Positions 58,901 through 64,000 of a stretch of DNA of 64,000 nucleotides are shown here, piece by piece; position 1 is the first letter of the stretch, and each line of letters starts with the position of its first letter. The stretch covers positions 124,001 to 188,000 of the forward strand of contig NIVC01000927.1 of the NCBI GenBank assembly GCA_002269645.1, read 5' to 3'. Made by a program: the position numbers and the translations under genes. A model generated the notes under the pieces. The model searched no databases and was not told where the DNA came from. It saw nothing but the letters and a program-made list of their open reading frames with translations. The DNA comes from Macrostomum lignano (taxonomy: Eukaryota).

Positions 58901-61900
58901 GAAGAGAAAAGAAGTTTCTCTACGCACGCAATTTTCTCCCGTAGAGCTTGAGTGGGCAAAATTTGGGGAAAGAATTTCCCACCTTTCTCAATTGAGTAGA
59001 ATCACTCATCCCTTGGCCTTGTCGCGGGGTTGCCAGGGCGACGGCTCTAGGGGCTATGGCTTCGGGAATGTGGGGAGACTGAAGATGATGAGGCGGGCGG
59101 AGGCTGGTCCGGGGCGAGCTCAGGTGAGAGAGACGGTGATGTGACGATTTTTTCGATCGATTTTTGCAGCAATTTTGTCGAACCTCTTCTTCTTCTTCTT
59201 ACTGCTTATCGACCTTCCTCTCTCCACCCTCTCTCTCTGTTCCATCCACCTTCTCTTTCTTGTTTCTAGAAATGCTCCGTGCCCGATCCCTATCTCAGCG
59301 GACTCACGGCTGCCCGGCTCATTAGCGCGAATCCTTCCCTCATCCCCCCTGCTGCTCCTCCAGCTTCCCTTGAAATCCCAAACTGCCCCTGCAGGGTGAA
59401 CACGGAATGAGATCGGCTTACCTTGTGCGACCCCCCTCCCCCCGCGGCTCGGGGTCTCTTCCTCTTGCTTGTCTGCCTCTTCGGCGCTTTTTCTATACCT
59501 TTCTTCTGGTTTTTTTTGCAAGTCTATCGATTGAATCCTGCGCAGGCTTGAGGGACCCAGCTACCTGCCGACGGCTCCCAGCTAGAGCACAAAGAGACCT
59601 CAAAAACTGGGTAATTCTATCTCAAATCTTGCTTAGCTTCATCATATAACTGGATTCATATCTCGTTCGGCAATCTTTTCTCTGATTCTCCAATTTTGTT
59701 TCATGGAGTCTGGACCTGTCTCTCCATCAATCGGGGCTTCTACTGCTCGTCCCGCTCTTTTTTAGTCGTCTCAAATTCAGTTCGCGAGCGGCCCCTAATG
59801 GTTCGGATCTGGAAATTGGGGGTCGAGTTGCTGCTGTTACTGCCGCTAAATGCAGGTCACGTGCTGGCGTATCTGTCAATCTTGATGGATAAAATTAATT
59901 TAGTGTAAACATTTTTAGCCATGTAACTTTTTTTTCTATAAGACTCAAGTACCGTACTAGTCTACTAACCCGTATTTAGTAGTATAGAGGGTTAAATATT
60001 CAAATTCGTGTCAAAAAGTTACAGAGTCCCAGGTTTCGTGTAGGAATTGGATTTTTCTAGCGCGGATCTCTCTCCATCGAATTTGTCTATGGCTAAATCC
60101 CATTCAACGCCATGAGTTCTCTAGTAGAGCAAACTAAAATGCACCAGCGATGCCACAAATCGATATTCCTATCGGGTCTCCAGCTCATTTCTAAGAAAAT
60201 CGAGTGTTTCTGTCTACGAATTGTCTAGCTATACACTTTTTGAAGATACGAGCTTTCCAGCTAGTAAAAGATTCTGTTTTTAGACGTCAAATTTCCAGTT
60301 TTTTATGAAACTATTCTTGGATGAGAAATCAATAAATGAATCAATGAAACCCGCAGTATTCGGCGATCCGGACATCCTGTGCATGGACGTCAACAACACG
60401 CAGCAGAGCAGCAGCAAGACTCCGGAGCCGCTGTCCTCCGATCCGACTCTGCCGCCGGCTGATCCGGATTCGCCGTCGTCAACGTTCGGCATTGAATGCG
60501 ACTGCAAGTGCCGCAAGCCGTTGGTGACGCTCACCGAGGCGGATCAGGGCTACTATAATCGGGTGCACACTGGTGGAGTTGACAACTGCGCTCTGCCCTG
60601 CGAGGGCGCCTTCTTCGCCGACAGGTCGCAGCTGGCCACCGTCTGGATGGGCATCTGGTCGATTCTGTGCGCGGCCAGTTCAACCCTGACTGTGCTCACC
60701 TTCCTGCTGGACACCAGACGGTTCAGCTATCCAGAGCGGCCCATCGTGATGATGTCCGCCTGCTACATGATGGTGTCAGCCGGCTACATCCTGCGACTGG
60801 CTGTCGGGCGGGATGCCATCGCTTGCGATGGTCGACTGTTGCGCTACGGCTCCACCGGGCCCTGGCTGTGCACCGTGGTGTTCCTGCTGACCTACTTGTT
60901 CGGCATGGCCAGCTGCGTGTGGTGGGTCATGCTGTGCGTGGCCTGGTTCCTGGCGGCCGGGCTCAAGTGGGGCAGCGAGGCCATCGCCAAATACAGCGAG
61001 GTTTGTCGCATCTTATCTGAGTGTGCTTCTGTGTATCTGAGTGTGCTGCTGTGTATCTGAGTCTGTTGCTGTGTATCTGAGTGTGCTGCGGTGTATCTGA
61101 GTCTGCTTCTGTGTATATTAGTGTGCTGTTGTGTATCTGAGTGTGTTGCTGTGTATCTGAGTGTGCTGCGGTGCATCTGAGTGTGTTGCTGTGTATCTGA
61201 GTCTGTTGCTGTGTATCTGAGTGTGCTGCTGTGTATCTGAGTGTGCTGCTGTGTATCTGAGTGTGTTGTTGTGTATCTGAGGGTGTTTTTGTGTATTTGA
61301 GTGTGTTGCTGGGCTCACTAGGTCCATGTAACTAATGGTAATTACAATAAAGAAAACAAAAACAAAACTCCTTCAAACAGGTGTTCCACGGCATTGCCTG
61401 GCTCCTGCCCATCGTGCAGTTCATCCTGGCTCTCACCTTCTCATTGGTTGACGGCGATCCAATATCCGGTATCTGCTCCGTCGGGAACACCAGCCTCACA
61501 GCTCTGCAGGTGTTCGTGCTGGCTCCCATGGTGACCTACCTGTTACTGGGCAGCGCCTTCCTGCTCACTGGCTTTGTGGCGCTATTCCGCATCCGTTCTG
61601 TGATCAAGCAGCAGGCCTGCGCCAAGACCTACAAGCTGGAGAAGCTGATGATCCGCATCGGGATCTTCTCCATCCTGTACACCCTGCCAGCCTGCGTGGT
61701 GATCGCCTGCCATTTCTACGAAGCCCAGCTGCGCGAGGCCTGGCTGAGAGGCAAAACCTGCCGCTGCCTCGGCCAGAACCAGGCGCCGGCTCCGGAGCCA
61801 GAGTACGGCGTGTTCATGCTGCGCCAGTTCATGCAGCTGGCCGTTGGCATCACCAGCGGTGTGTGGGTCTGGTCTGGCAAGACTCTGCAGACTTGGCGCT

Positions 61901-62052
61901 CGTTTTTCTACCGCCTGTTTTGCTGTCAGCCGCGCGCGATGCACTCGGCAGATCCGAGGCCGTATTATAAATTCAATGTGGCTCCGGGACACCCGCCTCT
62001 GCCGCCGCTGCCGCCGCTGCCACCAATGCCGGGTCACATGTCGCAGGTGTGA
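49927..62052 (+). CDS. fz5/8: Frizzled-5/8 class Wnt receptor, 609 aa
   Basis: Exons 49927-50226, 56218-56431, 60357-61000, 61381-62052; phase-consistent, 1830 nt. Signal peptide; CRD with YNYTFMPN and [44 protein letters not shown]; KTxxxW motif (KTLQTW); C-terminal SQV typical of Fz5/8. Confidence 0.95.
50258..50370. repeat. 32-bp unit x3 at the start of Frizzled intron 1
   Basis: GCTCTTTGTAACTGCCATTTGAAGAGTTTGTA. Confidence 0.9.
50398..51335. repeat. 29-33 bp minisatellite in Frizzled intron 1 (same family as 49290-49870)
   Basis: CTACCTCTCACTCTATG(G/A)TAGCTTGTCTTGTGT and shorter variants. Confidence 0.95.
52790..53425. repeat. 23-bp minisatellite with alternating variants
   Basis: GGGGCGATTTAGACACTGAATTA and GGGGTGATTCAGGCACTGAATTC. 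Confidence 0.95.
54470..56165. repeat. 26-bp pyrimidine-rich minisatellite (~65 copies) at the 3' end of Frizzled intron 1
   Basis: Unit TTCTGTTCTGTCCGGTTCTCTGTATC. Source of the 450-880 aa artefact ORFs. Confidence 0.98.
56440..56950. repeat. 20-bp minisatellite starting a few nt after the Frizzled exon 2 donor
   Basis: Unit TCTGGTACAGGGTACTCGCA, about 25 copies. Confidence 0.98.
61012..61312. repeat. 20-bp minisatellite filling Frizzled intron 3
   Basis: Unit GTGTATCTGAGTGTGCTGCT. Confidence 0.95.
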
Positions 62053-62191
62053 ATGCGATGGTGTTGGCATTTTTGCTGCTTTTTGTGTACCCGACACAGA
62101 AACTGACTGGAGTTCTGCCAATAAGTTCGGCTGAAGCCGTCTTATCAGTGATTTGTACTTTTGCTAGCGTTCTCACGGTGTGTTTGCAACA

Positions 62192-62640
62192 ACTGAGGGA
62201 GCGGAGAGGCAGATTCAAGGACACTGAGGGAGCGGAGAGGCAGATTCAAGGACACTGAGGGAGCGGAGAGGCAGATTCAAGGACACTGAGGGAAGGGAGA
62301 GGCAGATTCAAGGACACTGAGGGAGCGGAGAGGCAGATTCAAGGACACTGAGGGAAGGGAGAGGCAGATTCAAGGACACTGAGGGAAGGGAGAGGCAGAT
62401 TCAAGGACACTGAGGGAGCGGAGAGGCAGATTCAAGGACACTGAGGGAGCGGAGAGGCAGATTCAAGGACACTGAGGGAGCGGAGAGGCAGATTCAAGGA
62501 CACTGAGGGAGCGGAGAGGCAGATTCAAGGACACTGAGGGAGCGGAGAGGCAGATTCAAGGACACTGAGGGAGCGGAGAGGCAGATTCAAGGACACTGAG
62601 GGAGCGGAGAGGAAGATTCAAGGACACTGAGGGAGCGGTA
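62192..62640. repeat. 31-bp minisatellite downstream of the Frizzled stop (likely 3' UTR)
   Basis: Unit CACTGAGGGAGCGGAGAGGCAGATTCAAGGA, about 14 copies. Confidence 0.97.
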
Positions 62641-63574
62641 AGGCAGATCAAGTGACTCTAGGCTAATAACCAAGATGAGAACGGACATAACTTAGCGTTA
62701 ATATGCACCATGACTGAACAAATTAATATCTGAGAACTTCACATATTATCATGCAGTACCAAGATTTTTTTCTACAAAACGCTGTTGCGTCTAAAGAAAA
62801 TGAATTCTCAGTAAAGCTACCGAATTTTTAACCTCACTGTTGTCAAGCGGTTCTAGTTAAACGAATTAACCATTGCAGTGACAATCTAGCTATCTGTCGA
62901 ATATTCAAACCTACGTTTAACATAACTGTTCAATCTTGATGAATTAACAATATCGCTTATATCGAAGCAACACTTGCCACCTCACTCTTTCAACACCCGT
63001 GTGCGAGAGAGTGCAAATTTAAACTTTTTTATACACGATGTTTGCACTACTTTCAGCAATATCCATAGCTTTTGTTGCGTATTTTGTAATTATAATTGTT
63101 TCTATATTCTATCTCTATGTGGTCCATACAAATGTTCGAGCTTAAAAAAGCAATTTTTTGCGTTTTCCTTTGTTTTCAATTCATTATTTCCAAGAACCAG
63201 TAACTTGCCTCCACACTCGTCACCCTATGCGAACTAATTTTGCCGATTGAGCTAAACCCCTATGTTTTGTTTATGTGTACAAAATACTGTACTTGCATTA
63301 CAGTTGTGAGTCGCAACTTTTGTCTTAGATTATTAATTTCCAAACCCATGCGAACTTGCAAACCGTGCAGCACTTTTCTGTCTGACAGTTCACTGCAGTT
63401 CTACGTGTACATGACTACAATTTTTGTGTTAACCTTGCACCTGAACAATTTATTGGTTTATTTGAACGAATCTCAATACAGTCGCACGGACACTGCACTG
63501 ACATTCAAATGTTCAGTTTTGGTTTATTTTCGTTTGGAATAGCGATCCGATTTCAAGCTGAAACTGGGGATCTG

Positions 63575-63785
63575 CATGGGAGGTTGGCTCAGCAACTGAG
63601 GATCTGGGAGGCTGGCCCAGCAACTAGGGATCTGGGAGGCTGGCCCAGCAACTGAGAATCTGGGAGGCTGGACCAGCAACTGAGGATCTGGGAGGCTGGA
63701 CCAGCAACTGAGGATCTGGAAGGTTGGCCCAGCAACTGATGATCTGGGAGGCTGGCCCAGCAACTGCGGATCTGGGAGACTGGAA
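63575..63785 (-). repeat. 28-bp dispersed repeat family, tandem cluster
   Basis: CAACTGAGGATCTGGGAGGCTGGCCCAG, about 7 copies; reverse complement of the 9425 unit. Confidence 0.92.
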
Positions 63786-64000
63786 ACCAAACTTATGAGG
63801 CTGCAAGCGAATTTGAGCATGAGGAGGGCCTATAATTAAGTATTGCGAAAAAATGAAGAAACACATTCCTGCTCCATTTTGCACGTCATAGCAAAGATTA
63901 TAATTTTCAGCAATGTAATAATTTCAGTGCACTTGCTTCATTCACAATTCAACTTTGGCAGCATTTAATGCAATGGTACTTCAGACAAAAAAATCATCAC

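Noticed and set aside
5670-62640. Tandem arrays as CRISPR arrays
   Set aside because: Units are contiguous without unique spacers, no cas genes are present, and the context is eukaryotic and spliced.
1-64000. Hammerhead ribozymes / Penelope-like elements
   Set aside because: The CTGATGA hits I inspected lack the stem II plus GAAA arrangement; no GIY-YIG or PLE reverse transcriptase remnants were seen (manual scan only).

Overview
Eukaryotic (animal) genomic DNA with GC-rich exons, AT-rich introns carrying GT-AG junctions, and very dense 15-51 bp minisatellites. The style fits a flatworm such as Macrostomum lignano, but that species assignment is inference and cannot be confirmed from the sequence. 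I hand-spliced eight protein-coding genes, all with phase-consistent junctions: a 5'-truncated NIPAL2-like Mg2+ transporter (+), a PARL-like rhomboid protease (+), NAA30/MAK3 (+), an orphan coiled-coil gene (-), a highly divergent Cys-loop ligand-gated ion channel (+, with a frameshift before M4), cytosolic HSP90 (-, with a heat-shock-element cluster), PSMD1/Rpn2 (-) and Frizzled-5/8 (+). Also present are a full-length U2 snRNA gene (-), four copies of a tRNA-derived SINE, MITE-like elements, a truncated RTE-type LINE and about 25 tandem arrays. Most long ORFs in the supplied track are repeat read-through or antisense artefacts. The most notable observations: (1) the U2 gene keeps its stems but differs at the branch-point recognition sequence, the Sm site and loop IV; (2) a spaced palindrome CTACT-N3-AGTAG occurs nine times, all in the first 32 kb; (3) some intronic arrays are tandem amplifications of splicing signals; (4) unrelated arrays share a GACACT core and common seed elements.
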